Shown piece after piece: positions 55,183 through 64,000 of a stretch of 64,000 nt of DNA. The first letter of the stretch is position 1; each line of letters begins with the position of its first letter. The position numbers and the translations under genes were made by a program. Below the pieces are notes generated by a model. It had not been told where the DNA came from. It ran no database searches and saw nothing but the letters and a program-made list of their open reading frames with translations. Source of the stretch: a virus; the IMG/VR virus record IMGVR_UViG_3300035188_000399, positions 1 through 64,000 of that record; one strand, 5' to 3'.

Positions 55183-55473
55183 TTATGTGTTAATAAGATT
55201 TGTTAGCTGATCACTTTCTATGGCACCCTGCAGGGTGCCATAAGATGGAAAGTAGCCTGTCAGACTACAAGTCCCTCCACCTTCAAAGTAGATGCTTTCA
55301 TTAGAGAAATTGAAGCCAATTATCGTCTTCGACCCTCTTCTCGCGGTCCCCCATGTCTGGCCTATTGCGAATTCAGTCCCGTTTACACGAATGCGTTTCT
55401 TTGACTTATGAATCTCCAATTCACCACCAAGGCGATGGTAACGTTGCCACTCTGCGTCCTCATACATGCTCAT
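55183..55473 (-). CDS. Hypothetical protein, possible family member
   Basis: FAIGQTWGTARRG...; GGAG RBS. Confidence 0.6.
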   Translation of the reverse strand: MSMYEDAEWQRYHRLGGELEIHKSKKRIRVNGTEFAIGQTWGTARRGSKTIIGFNFSNESIYFEGGGTCSLTGYFPSYGTLQGAIESDQLTNLINT

Positions 55474-55618
55474 GTCTCATCTCTCCAATAAATGTCTTTC
55501 AACTTAGCTTCAACCACATGTTCTAATTGTTTAATGTACACGTATACATCGTATGGCACTTTGAAATGCGCAAGTTTACGCGTTTTTAAATCGGGGATTG
55601 CTACAAAGTATGAACCTG

Positions 55619-55747
55619 TCACGTATCCTCCTCTTCCCATTCATCATCAAGTTCTTCTTCATCATCGTCGATCCAAGACTCGTCCTCATCTTCAGCTGCT
55701 ACTTTACCCCAATCTACTTCTTCGCCATAATTTTCATATAGATCCAT
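55619..55747 (-). CDS. 42-aa hyperacidic protein, not in ORF track
   Basis: MDLYENYGEEVDLGKVAAEDEDESWIDDDEEELDDEWEEEDT; GAGG RBS. Confidence 0.6.
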   Translation of the reverse strand: MDLYENYGEEVDWGKVAAEDEDESWIDDDEEELDDEWEEEDT

Positions 55748-55749
55748 TG

Positions 55750-56622
55750 TTAAACCTCTTTAATTAAGTCTTCATCACTGTAAGCGCCACAGTCATAATA
55801 ATAACCTTTGCGTGTATATATACGTAAGGAATCATCACTCGCGCCCATTGCAACAACATGTTCATTATCTCTAATATGTATTATCTCATACTTATCACCA
55901 CGCTCGTTAACATACATACTACCAACTTCTAAGCAGAGTCCATTGAATTCACTCACAAGACTTATTTCTGCGATAGGAAATTGCTGTCCCTTGAGCAATC
56001 CTGTTAATTTAGTTGCAAGTCCTGATTCAACCCTATACACATGACCTTTGGCACCGATATAAAGCTTTTTATCATCTGGAGGAAAGACATCAACTATATC
56101 ATAATCAGACTGTTCATTTTCAAATATTTCACCATATTTACTTACACCAAACTTGCAGCCATTAGTTGTACTATATTCATATCTATAGAACCCTACGTCA
56201 CTGGTTGTTTTTGCTATACTAGCCATTTGACCGCTACGTGTTACATAAATACCACCTACTTTTACTCTAGGCGGTCTTAGCAAATCGCACTCAGATTTTG
56301 TATCAAAATACATTTTACCGTCTATTGTGTAGTCATAGCCATTATCACCACTAAATACATATCTACCATAATGCTCTATATCTGTTAATGTTACAGGATT
56401 TCCCTCTCGTGTAAAATACTGACGACCTGCTTTAAACTTAAAATTACGTACACGTTCTACTAAATCCCAATCTGATTCGTCATAATCAAATCTCTTACCA
56501 TTCTTTGTTACTGTATAATCAGCATTTGTACCAAACGGGTACACAGGACTCTCTGTCGTCTCAATAACTCTGACAACTTTACCGTGACGTGTTCTATACT
56601 TCTTGTTCAGCTTTATTTTCAT
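55750..56622 (-). CDS. Accessory repeat-domain family protein (4-5 tandem copies)
   Basis: Repeated Y-x-TR-x-G...G...SxxDL units. Confidence 0.75.
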   Translation of the reverse strand: MKIKLNKKYRTRHGKVVRVIETTESPVYPFGTNADYTVTKNGKRFDYDESDWDLVERVRNFKFKAGRQYFTREGNPVTLTDIEHYGRYVFSGDNGYDYTIDGKMYFDTKSECDLLRPPRVKVGGIYVTRSGQMASIAKTTSDVGFYRYEYSTTNGCKFGVSKYGEIFENEQSDYDIVDVFPPDDKKLYIGAKGHVYRVESGLATKLTGLLKGQQFPIAEISLVSEFNGLCLEVGSMYVNERGDKYEIIHIRDNEHVVAMGASDDSLRIYTRKGYYYDCGAYSDEDLIKEV

Positions 56623-56741
56623 TTTCGATTTCCTTCTGGATTTTAAATAGGTTCTTTAACTGTCTGTTTCTGATCAAAAGCTCTTGTTCTAACAACTGAA
56701 TAGCATGTTTCTTTTCAATTATTAGAATTTCCACCTGCCTT

Positions 56742-58109
56742 TCATAAATGTAAATTGGCGTCATCATATATGCCCTCCTGAATGTTCAACAAATGTTCTA
56801 GAGTATCTGCTTCATCTTTATCATAGCGTCTCTCAATGAACTTAGGCTCAAATAATGAATAGTTACCTTTTTCATCACAAATTACTTCTGAATACGTTAC
56901 ACCTATAATTGCATATAACCAATCCCCTCTGTCATTCCAAATTTCTTGTGTCAAGGCATCTGTAAGATTACCTACACCTACTGATAATTCACCATCTTCT
57001 GTTACACACAATAGTGAGCCAAATGTATCTTTATTGGCACCTGTTCCTTCCAAGAACTCAATTACTCTTAACTCACACTCAAACTCTTTCTTAAATTTTA
57101 CACCACTAGTTGTAGTGCCATCTTTCCATATAAGGTTTACAGCTTTCAGCATAGTACCTTCACAACCTTTCTTTACAAGCTCTATGAAGTGCTCTTCGGC
57201 TTCTTCGAGGTTCTGTACAGTACGTGTATCAATGATACGTGTCCATTTAAGATTTGTTCCAAGCTGAATATCATCCATGTTTAGCATGTCATGGTGCAAA
57301 TTACTTAACCGCTCCCAATACGGAATTGTGCCGCCATTACAGAGTTCTGGCAAACTTACTCTATCCCATACAACAAATACAGGATGTTCTTCAGGCTTAA
57401 AGCTGCCGCCTAAATTTACGCGTCTGATAATACCATTGCTAGTCTTACGCTCTAGAAACTCTCCATTTACTTCTACCAATAACTCACCATGATATTGAAA
57501 TCCTCCTTTCATGTGAGGGTTTAATTCGTTGATTAAATCACTGTAAGCTTCAATAGGCATTGGCTGATAGCTACGAGATAGCATTGTTATATCACCAGCG
57601 CTCTTAGTGATATTTACAAACAGCCCATCCATCTTTTCCTGTGAATACGCAGGGAATTTAAAGTTCTCCATTTTAATATTCTTAGGTAAGCTGAATCTCA
57701 TATACTTCTTGACAGGAATAAATTCATAGTCTCTAGCCTTATTAATAGACTTAGCATCAAAACCTGCTTCAAGGCTTTTATTAAGTATCATCTTAAACAG
57801 CAGTTTAGACTTTATAGACAGTGTGCTCATGTGCTCTAATACAGCATCTCGCGCAGCATGGCCAGTTAGCCTTCTCTTTGCTAAGTCATCTAATAAGTTA
57901 AATGTACTATTATCAAAGAGATAACCATTACTATCTAATGGAAAGGTAATATTTTTAATGCCATACATTATAAATGGGTTGTATGTGTGCCATACTACGT
58001 CTTCAAAGTTTTCGTCTTCAAAACCATACGCCAACATCTTAATCTTTTCATTCTTAGAAGGCTGTTCTTTAATAGCTTCTATTAAGTCGTAAATTTCATC
58101 ACTGTTCAT
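56742..58109 (-). CDS. ATP-dependent DNA ligase
   Basis: QEKMDG adenylation motif, HGELL, EGTMLK, KFKKE, LFEPKF. Confidence 0.92.
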   Translation of the reverse strand: MNSDEIYDLIEAIKEQPSKNEKIKMLAYGFEDENFEDVVWHTYNPFIMYGIKNITFPLDSNGYLFDNSTFNLLDDLAKRRLTGHAARDAVLEHMSTLSIKSKLLFKMILNKSLEAGFDAKSINKARDYEFIPVKKYMRFSLPKNIKMENFKFPAYSQEKMDGLFVNITKSAGDITMLSRSYQPMPIEAYSDLINELNPHMKGGFQYHGELLVEVNGEFLERKTSNGIIRRVNLGGSFKPEEHPVFVVWDRVSLPELCNGGTIPYWERLSNLHHDMLNMDDIQLGTNLKWTRIIDTRTVQNLEEAEEHFIELVKKGCEGTMLKAVNLIWKDGTTTSGVKFKKEFECELRVIEFLEGTGANKDTFGSLLCVTEDGELSVGVGNLTDALTQEIWNDRGDWLYAIIGVTYSEVICDEKGNYSLFEPKFIERRYDKDEADTLEHLLNIQEGIYDDANLHL

Positions 58110-58121
58110 AAAACCTCCGAT

Positions 58122-58144
58122 AAAAAGGGGAACCGAAGTTCCCC
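58122..58144 (-). terminator. Rho-independent terminator
   Basis: AGGGGAAC/GTTCCCCT stem, UUCG loop, U-tract. Confidence 0.75.
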
Positions 58145-58291
58145 TATAATTAATTCCACGCTAAATATTCATTCATACGGTAACCACTAAGGCCCCATTT
58201 ATATGCTTCAACATACTTATATTTACGATACAATGCTCGTAATTGTTTCCTACGCTGTTGACTGTTACCTGATAATACAAAATGACTTGGG

Positions 58292-59992
58292 CTAAGCGTG
58301 ACAAGCGATACATTCTCCTGCTGCGTTTGATTTGATTCCATTAGTAGTCCTAATATAGTAAAGTGACTTAATACCTTCATCTTCAAATGCCATTTGATGA
58401 ATCTTAGAAATATAAGCTTCACTTTCATCAGCGCTAAAGAAAAGGTTAATAGATTGAGCCTGATCAATATATCTTTGACGAGCAGATGCCAACCTAATAA
58501 TTGCTTCAGGTGAAATTTCAAATGCTGTTTTAAACACAGCTTTTTCTTCATCAGTTAGATAATCTTCATTCTGAACTGAACCATTATCATCTACAATACG
58601 CTTCATTGCAGCTGTTACATCTTCACCATGAGACTTGATAATCTCTCTAAGCTTTGGTGGTGATCTAAACATTTTACCGCCAGCAGTGTTTTGTACAAAC
58701 GCATTTTTATAGATTGGTTCAATACCTTGTGACATACCACCAGCAAATAGCGCTGATGACAAGTTAGGTGCAATAGCTATTAAATGTGTGTTACGCATTC
58801 CATGACCACGACACCAATCGGGTTCGCCCCATTCGCGTGCCATCCATTTAGATGCATCTCTAGCTCTTTCACGCAAATGATAGAACATGGACTGACTAAG
58901 ATTATGAGCTTCAAATGAATCGAATGGTAACATCTTTTCTTGTAGATAACTATGGAAGCCTAACATACCTAAACCTAAGGCTCTCGACTTCTCAGCAAAT
59001 CTAACAATACGCTCCATTCCTTTCTTTTTCTTACCAATTTCAATTTGGTCTTGATTGACACAGTCTAAGAATACAGTAGCAATAAAGACAGCATCCGTAT
59101 CTTTCCATTGGTCATAATACAGTGCGTTCATTGAAGAGAGTACACACGCAAATGTATATTCTTCTTCTTTGTATTCACCACTGAATAATGCAATTTCTGT
59201 ACACAAGTTAGATGCTTTAACTTCCAATCCCATAGACTGATACATGGGAGGATTAGCGCGGTTTACTTTATCAACAAAGAAGAAATATCCTTTCCCTAAC
59301 AGTCTAAGCTTCATTGCACGTTGGTAGCGTCTAATTGCATCAGAATCGCCTGCATTCATGCGTGCTATAAATGCATCACTTACAATCCAACCTACATTAG
59401 CATCATCAGGATACTTCATGATGTGTGTCACTAGCTCATCGAAGTCAGCATGATCAATTTCTAAATAGCCTGCCCATGCACCACGTCTCTGTGAACCTTG
59501 AGAAATATCTTGCGCTACTTTTACAAATCCCTTAAAGACTGGTAACACGCCACTAGCACTCCCAGCGACACCACTAATTGCACTACCACGAGAACGAATA
59601 TTCCCCATGTAGTTAGATGTTCCGTAGCCTTGTTGACTAAGCACTGCGACTTCTTTTTGCTTTTCATAGAAATCATAAACATTATCTTCTACTGCACCGC
59701 CTGAACAACTTACAGGGCATCCAAACCCTGTTCCCATATTTGCCATTACTGGAGTACTAGGAATCAGCCAGCCCTGCCACATAATATCAAAGAACTTTTT
59801 CTCCCAATAAATAGGATCAGGTGTATATGATGCGGCATGCTTAGAGATCCTTTTGTAAATAGATAAAAGATCTGGATACTCTGGAGAGATGTACTTCTCT
59901 TTTAATAATTGCCAACTGTTAGTAATAATCCAATCAGGTAATTTCCCCTCTGCTTGTAATCGTTTACGCTCTAAACTTAATTCTCTATACAT
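58292..59992 (-). CDS. nrdA: Class I ribonucleotide reductase alpha subunit (no ATP cone)
   Basis: STPV, VSC, RRGA, SNLCTEI, IAPN, SLYY, C-terminal CIAC. Confidence 0.93.
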   Translation of the reverse strand: MYRELSLERKRLQAEGKLPDWIITNSWQLLKEKYISPEYPDLLSIYKRISKHAASYTPDPIYWEKKFFDIMWQGWLIPSTPVMANMGTGFGCPVSCSGGAVEDNVYDFYEKQKEVAVLSQQGYGTSNYMGNIRSRGSAISGVAGSASGVLPVFKGFVKVAQDISQGSQRRGAWAGYLEIDHADFDELVTHIMKYPDDANVGWIVSDAFIARMNAGDSDAIRRYQRAMKLRLLGKGYFFFVDKVNRANPPMYQSMGLEVKASNLCTEIALFSGEYKEEEYTFACVLSSMNALYYDQWKDTDAVFIATVFLDCVNQDQIEIGKKKKGMERIVRFAEKSRALGLGMLGFHSYLQEKMLPFDSFEAHNLSQSMFYHLRERARDASKWMAREWGEPDWCRGHGMRNTHLIAIAPNLSSALFAGGMSQGIEPIYKNAFVQNTAGGKMFRSPPKLREIIKSHGEDVTAAMKRIVDDNGSVQNEDYLTDEEKAVFKTAFEISPEAIIRLASARQRYIDQAQSINLFFSADESEAYISKIHQMAFEDEGIKSLYYIRTTNGIKSNAAGECIACHA

Positions 59993-60983
59993 TCTTCGGT
60001 GTCCATGTAAATTTGGCTTCTGCCCAGTCTCTACGGTAATCATTACCTTGTGCAATGAATGTGTCATGCAGTGTACTTGATTCAATATCCAAATAGAACC
60101 AATCAGCAATTGGATTATATTTAGGTTCAAAGATAGCTGGATAGCCTAGTCTTTCTAAACATATATCTAATCTAGATTGTACAAAATTCTCTAACATCAA
60201 AGCATTAATACCAGGAATATCTCCTTTGTCAAAGATTTTCTTGATAATCTGTTTCTCATGTTCAAACAAGATCCATGCAGTAATCTCTAATTCATTAGCT
60301 AGCTTCTCATGTGCTAAGTATTCTTCAGCTTCTATTGCTTCATGATATAGAGTGTTAAACAAATAAGCACCAGCTTGACTATGAATGTTCTCGTCGATTG
60401 CCGAAAAATTAATTCCAGCATTGATGTTTTGAAACTTGTTCTTTCCATTGTTGTTAAAATGTTTAAGGAAGGCAAAACTAGAGTAAAGAATAGCACCTTC
60501 AATCATGCTGAATACGCCTACTGATTTTAATTTATCATAGGTTGTTTCTGATTGTGTAGCTACCTTTTCTAACCATTCCATTCTATCTTTAAGAATAGGA
60601 TCATCTAAATACGCTAGATAGAATTCAGGATTATCTAATCCTAATAGCTCATTAATCTTGTTGTAGAATGGTGCATGAATGTTTAGTTCAAACATTGCAA
60701 ATACTGAAGCCATCCTTTGAACGTCTGGGCGTGGAAAATGCTTGCATATATAATCACGCCAATAGTTATTTCCAACATTAACTTCGTAATGTACAAACAG
60801 TAAGAGTACACTAACAATGCCATGATACTCAGCTTCTGTGCAATTTGTTCGTAATTCATGTATATCTTTCTCCACCTCTACTTCATCAGCAGTCCATAGA
60901 ATAGATGTTTGTTCTTCAGCAAAATTAATCAATGCTGGGTAATCAGTACCGTAACACTCTCTTTCTTCGAGTATCTGTGCCAT
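59985..60983 (-). CDS. nrdB: Class I ribonucleotide reductase beta subunit
   Basis: ELNIHAPFY, IEGAILYSSF, DENIH, C-terminal DY. Confidence 0.92.
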   Translation of the reverse strand: MAQILEERECYGTDYPALINFAEEQTSILWTADEVEVEKDIHELRTNCTEAEYHGIVSVLLLFVHYEVNVGNNYWRDYICKHFPRPDVQRMASVFAMFELNIHAPFYNKINELLGLDNPEFYLAYLDDPILKDRMEWLEKVATQSETTYDKLKSVGVFSMIEGAILYSSFAFLKHFNNNGKNKFQNINAGINFSAIDENIHSQAGAYLFNTLYHEAIEAEEYLAHEKLANELEITAWILFEHEKQIIKKIFDKGDIPGINALMLENFVQSRLDICLERLGYPAIFEPKYNPIADWFYLDIESSTLHDTFIAQGNDYRRDWAEAKFTWTPKNV

Positions 60984-62600
60984 TTAAATCTCCACAAAGT
61001 CGTCTGGTTGCATAAAGATCGATGCTTCTAATCTACCTGTTGGATAGTCATAGTCAACACCTGGCACATTACCAGTTAGACCTGTAAACCTACTTTTTAA
61101 TACTCTCATCTTAATGTGATTCCTAATTCTATCATCATCGTTTGACATATCACGAGCAAATGCTATAATATCATTCGAGATTTGTTTAATCGAGCCTGAG
61201 CCTTTAATATCATCTAACGAAGGCAGTTGACCTTCTTCAAATGACGTTTTACCTGTAGGTGTCTTTCTTAAATGTGATACTAGCCCAATCCAAACAGGAT
61301 ACCTCTTACATAGTCGTAATAAGTCATTCATTGTTTTGTCAATAGCTTCGTTACCAGTTAAGCCATCAACACCTTCCGAAACTAAAATAGTAATATGATC
61401 AATGAATAAATACTTACACCCAGACAACGCCATATATTCTAGTTTTTCAAATAATGTAGAATCTTCCATTGAGCCTTGATGATCAAGAACCATGATTCTA
61501 TCATCACCGAATACAGCTCTAAAGCCTGCTTCCAACTCACTTTCTGTTAATTCTCGGAAAGATGGATTTACATTTAAAGGAATACCAGCAAGCTTACGTG
61601 TTGTTTCTGCAGGTGCCTCTTCAAGCGCTACTATACCTACCATCTCTTTAGTGGTATCTATAATATGCCATACAATTTCTCTCAATATAGTTGACTTACC
61701 TGAGCCGGTGCCTGACGTAAACAATACAATCTCGTTCTCACGCATGCCTTTGGTTTTAGTATTTAATGCATCTAAGCATGGAGGATATGGTATAGACTCA
61801 ATATCATTATATGCTTTTAAGGCTTCCCATAATTCATCACGTCCTAAGATACCGACAGGCGTATATTTAGATGCTTCCCAAATAGCTACTAATAGCTGTT
61901 GTCCGCCTTTCTCAAGTAACATTTGGCTAGGATCTTTTACAGGCAATTTAGCTAATCGAACTTTGTCTGCACCTACATACTTAATAGCATCAGCTTTAGC
62001 TTTCTCACCTGCTTCATCATTGTCAAGGCATAATACAACTGTATCAAAGCCTCTGATCCAATCTCTGTGTGTAAGCAAAGTTTTTACATTTGATGCAGAA
62101 GGTATTGATACTACAGGATATATCTTTCCGTATTTATCAAGAGACGCTTGAGCTACAGCCATTGCATCTAGTTCGCCTTCTGTTACAATCAGTCTTTTAC
62201 CACCGCTTGTAAATTTATCCATGCCAAACAAAGTTGTAGGCTTGCCTATACACGAGAATGATTTAGGCAGTTGTCTTACTTTATAGATACCTTCCCCATA
62301 AGGATAGTAGTGCGTTGACACTTCACCATCTTCATTGAAAGCAAATTTAACCCCAAAGAACTCTGAAACTTCTTTTGAAATCTTTCGTTCTTTAATGCCA
62401 GTTGTTCTTAGTTTCTCAATATCTAACGTGTATACTTTTTTCTTTTCCACTTGATTAAACTCCCGATCTTTGTAGTCAATATTGGATGGAAATCTTGTCT
62501 GGCAACTGAAGCAATATGATGTATAATCTTCATATATTTGCATTGCGTCAGATGACTTACAACTTAAACACGGTTGATTATGAACTATTACTTTACCCAT
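60984..62600 (-). CDS. T7 gp4-like primase-helicase
   Basis: CxxC...CxxC zinc finger, TEGELDA/DNDEAG TOPRIM, GTGSGKST, DHI, DIKGSG, KSRFTG. Confidence 0.95.
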   Translation of the reverse strand: MGKVIVHNQPCLSCKSSDAMQIYEDYTSYCFSCQTRFPSNIDYKDREFNQVEKKKVYTLDIEKLRTTGIKERKISKEVSEFFGVKFAFNEDGEVSTHYYPYGEGIYKVRQLPKSFSCIGKPTTLFGMDKFTSGGKRLIVTEGELDAMAVAQASLDKYGKIYPVVSIPSASNVKTLLTHRDWIRGFDTVVLCLDNDEAGEKAKADAIKYVGADKVRLAKLPVKDPSQMLLEKGGQQLLVAIWEASKYTPVGILGRDELWEALKAYNDIESIPYPPCLDALNTKTKGMRENEIVLFTSGTGSGKSTILREIVWHIIDTTKEMVGIVALEEAPAETTRKLAGIPLNVNPSFRELTESELEAGFRAVFGDDRIMVLDHQGSMEDSTLFEKLEYMALSGCKYLFIDHITILVSEGVDGLTGNEAIDKTMNDLLRLCKRYPVWIGLVSHLRKTPTGKTSFEEGQLPSLDDIKGSGSIKQISNDIIAFARDMSNDDDRIRNHIKMRVLKSRFTGLTGNVPGVDYDYPTGRLEASIFMQPDDFVEI

Positions 62601-63111
62601 CTTTATACCAATTGGTTAATGAATCTTGATTTGCATGTACGATTGTGTATAATCGCTCTCTGTGGTCTGCAGAGACATTTTCTTTAACATCCCATGAGAC
62701 TTTCTCAATTTGTTTGTTATACCATTTTAATGACACTGGAGTTTCAACATGACATAATGACCATGTTTCTGCCCACGCTAAGCTGCCCTTTGTAGTATAT
62801 TCTTCAATGACGATAAACTTAAACTCTTTCTTTGGTCTGCTTACGAAGTGAGACGCAAGACAGTTAGAGCTACTCTTGTATCTACGCCAATCAGATTCCT
62901 GCCCATAAGTAGCTTTACCATATGATCTGTAGTTCTTTTTGCCGAGATAGAATCTATCCAAGATCGTATCATATATAACATAGATGAATCCCACATATTT
63001 TTTATTTCCCTCGTTCATTTGTCTATGAAAACACCAATGTCCATTATCAAATTTACTAACATCCGTGTTAGTAATTACGTGATCTATTTTACCAGTAAAG
63101 GCTGCCATCAT
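62593..63111 (-). CDS. GIY-YIG-like endonuclease
   Basis: GFIYVI...FYLGKK...WAE...WYN. Confidence 0.65.
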   Translation of the reverse strand: MMAAFTGKIDHVITNTDVSKFDNGHWCFHRQMNEGNKKYVGFIYVIYDTILDRFYLGKKNYRSYGKATYGQESDWRRYKSSSNCLASHFVSRPKKEFKFIVIEEYTTKGSLAWAETWSLCHVETPVSLKWYNKQIEKVSWDVKENVSADHRERLYTIVHANQDSLTNWYKDG

Positions 63112-63899
63112 CCATCTCTAATCTCCTGCGCTATTGGCCAATTATCAAAACAGAAATAGTCATCATAAGTATTCTGTATATTAATTAATTTAGCATTAGC
63201 TAATAAATATTCTGCCCATTCATCTCCATTGGCTTTGATATATTCCTCAACTACTGCTGTTTGAAATTCTTCATCTGTCGTACAATGTGCTAAAGCTTTT
63301 TTAGCTTTTACTGGCCCCATTTTCCAGATGCCTGGTATATTATCAGTAGCATCACCTTTAAGTACTTGCTCATAGAAGTTTCTTTTGGCATCAAGTTCTG
63401 ATACTTCTATTGTTTCTTTACTTCTAATATTATAATGCTTACCAGGTATCATCAATAGATCTTTGTCAATAGAACATATAACATAGTCTATATTGTGTGC
63501 CTTACATTCATTTGCCCAGATTCGTAGTAGATCATCGGCTTCTCTTCCATCAGCGGCTATTGCTAATCCTTCATCTACTGCCATTTGTCTAACAAACGGT
63601 ACAAATAAATTAGGCTGACCGTTTGCACGATGTTTCTTATATTCAGAGAAAATCTCATCTCTATAATTACCTTCGCCTTTTACAGCCATACAATAATCAC
63701 TAGCAAAAGTTTCTTCCATAATAACATCTAGCATTCTCTGAAAATTCATCCAGATATTTTTACGATATTCAGTGTCTTGTGCTTGAGTAAATTCTTGAGG
63801 TATTACATTACCATCATCGTCCATATATGTAACACCATCAGACCGATTGTAACAGCAGTTGTGTGCTAAAATATCACCATCAATCAAGGCTATCAGCAT
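63108..63899 (-). CDS. 5'-3' exonuclease (T7 gp6/RNase H-like)
   Basis: LIDGD, YKKHR, EADD, DKDL, GDATDNIPG. Confidence 0.92.
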   Translation of the reverse strand: MLIALIDGDILAHNCCYNRSDGVTYMDDDGNVIPQEFTQAQDTEYRKNIWMNFQRMLDVIMEETFASDYCMAVKGEGNYRDEIFSEYKKHRANGQPNLFVPFVRQMAVDEGLAIAADGREADDLLRIWANECKAHNIDYVICSIDKDLLMIPGKHYNIRSKETIEVSELDAKRNFYEQVLKGDATDNIPGIWKMGPVKAKKALAHCTTDEEFQTAVVEEYIKANGDEWAEYLLANAKLINIQNTYDDYFCFDNWPIAQEIRDG

Positions 63900-64000
63900 C
63901 TAAAACTCCCATCTCTTGAGAAAGTTGCATTCTTAAAAGTGTTCTATCTATCTTATCTCTAATGTCAGGCACTCTTTCACAATTCAATCTAATATTACAT

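Noticed and set aside
58150-58551. 133-aa ORF overlapping the nrdA 3' end
   Set aside because: Mostly an alternate frame of nrdA; only the last ~48 codons may be a real small gene and the start is unclear
4695-62151. Numerous plus-strand ORFs in the track (e.g. 11808..12407, 43258..43848, 61492..62151)
   Set aside because: They are antisense shadows of well-supported minus-strand genes, with no RBS or recognisable motifs
1-64000. tRNA, rRNA, integrase or repressor genes
   Set aside because: No cloverleaf, rRNA-like or recombinase motifs were recognised; not verified with tRNAscan-SE

Overview
64 kb of a lytic, AT-rich, long-tailed (siphovirus-type) dsDNA phage. Essentially all real genes are on the minus strand, and the plus-strand ORFs in the track are antisense shadows. 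Read in transcription order (right to left), it starts with a T7-like replication and nucleotide module: 5'-3' exonuclease, GIY-YIG protein, primase-helicase, nrdB, nrdA and ATP-dependent ligase. Next is an accessory region dominated by one expanded ~55-65 aa domain family plus HNH genes. Then come the small terminase and a large terminase interrupted by a group I intron carrying an HNH homing endonuclease, and a fibre/appendage plus lysis block placed unusually between terminase and portal. After the portal is a 1878-aa protein that fuses a MuF/SPP1-gp7 minor head domain to a complete T7-type RNA polymerase with two extra inserts. It is followed by a Tad2/DUF2829-like gene, scaffold, capsid, connectors, tail tube and frameshifted tail chaperones (lambda-type GGGAAAG). 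A 3892-aa tape measure with a lytic transglycosylase domain, the tail tip, a holin-like gene, phoH and small early-type genes end the window. The best candidate for an undescribed system is a probably virion-delivered MuF-RNAP, together with two classes of conserved intergenic motif (TGCGG-N7-GGTATCTTATATGA x3; CCCGTTAAATTAACCCTAA x5 plus one variant, partly inside a ~110-bp composite element). A canonical type III hammerhead ribozyme lies in the early-type transcript. All calls come from motif recognition by eye; no database searches were run.
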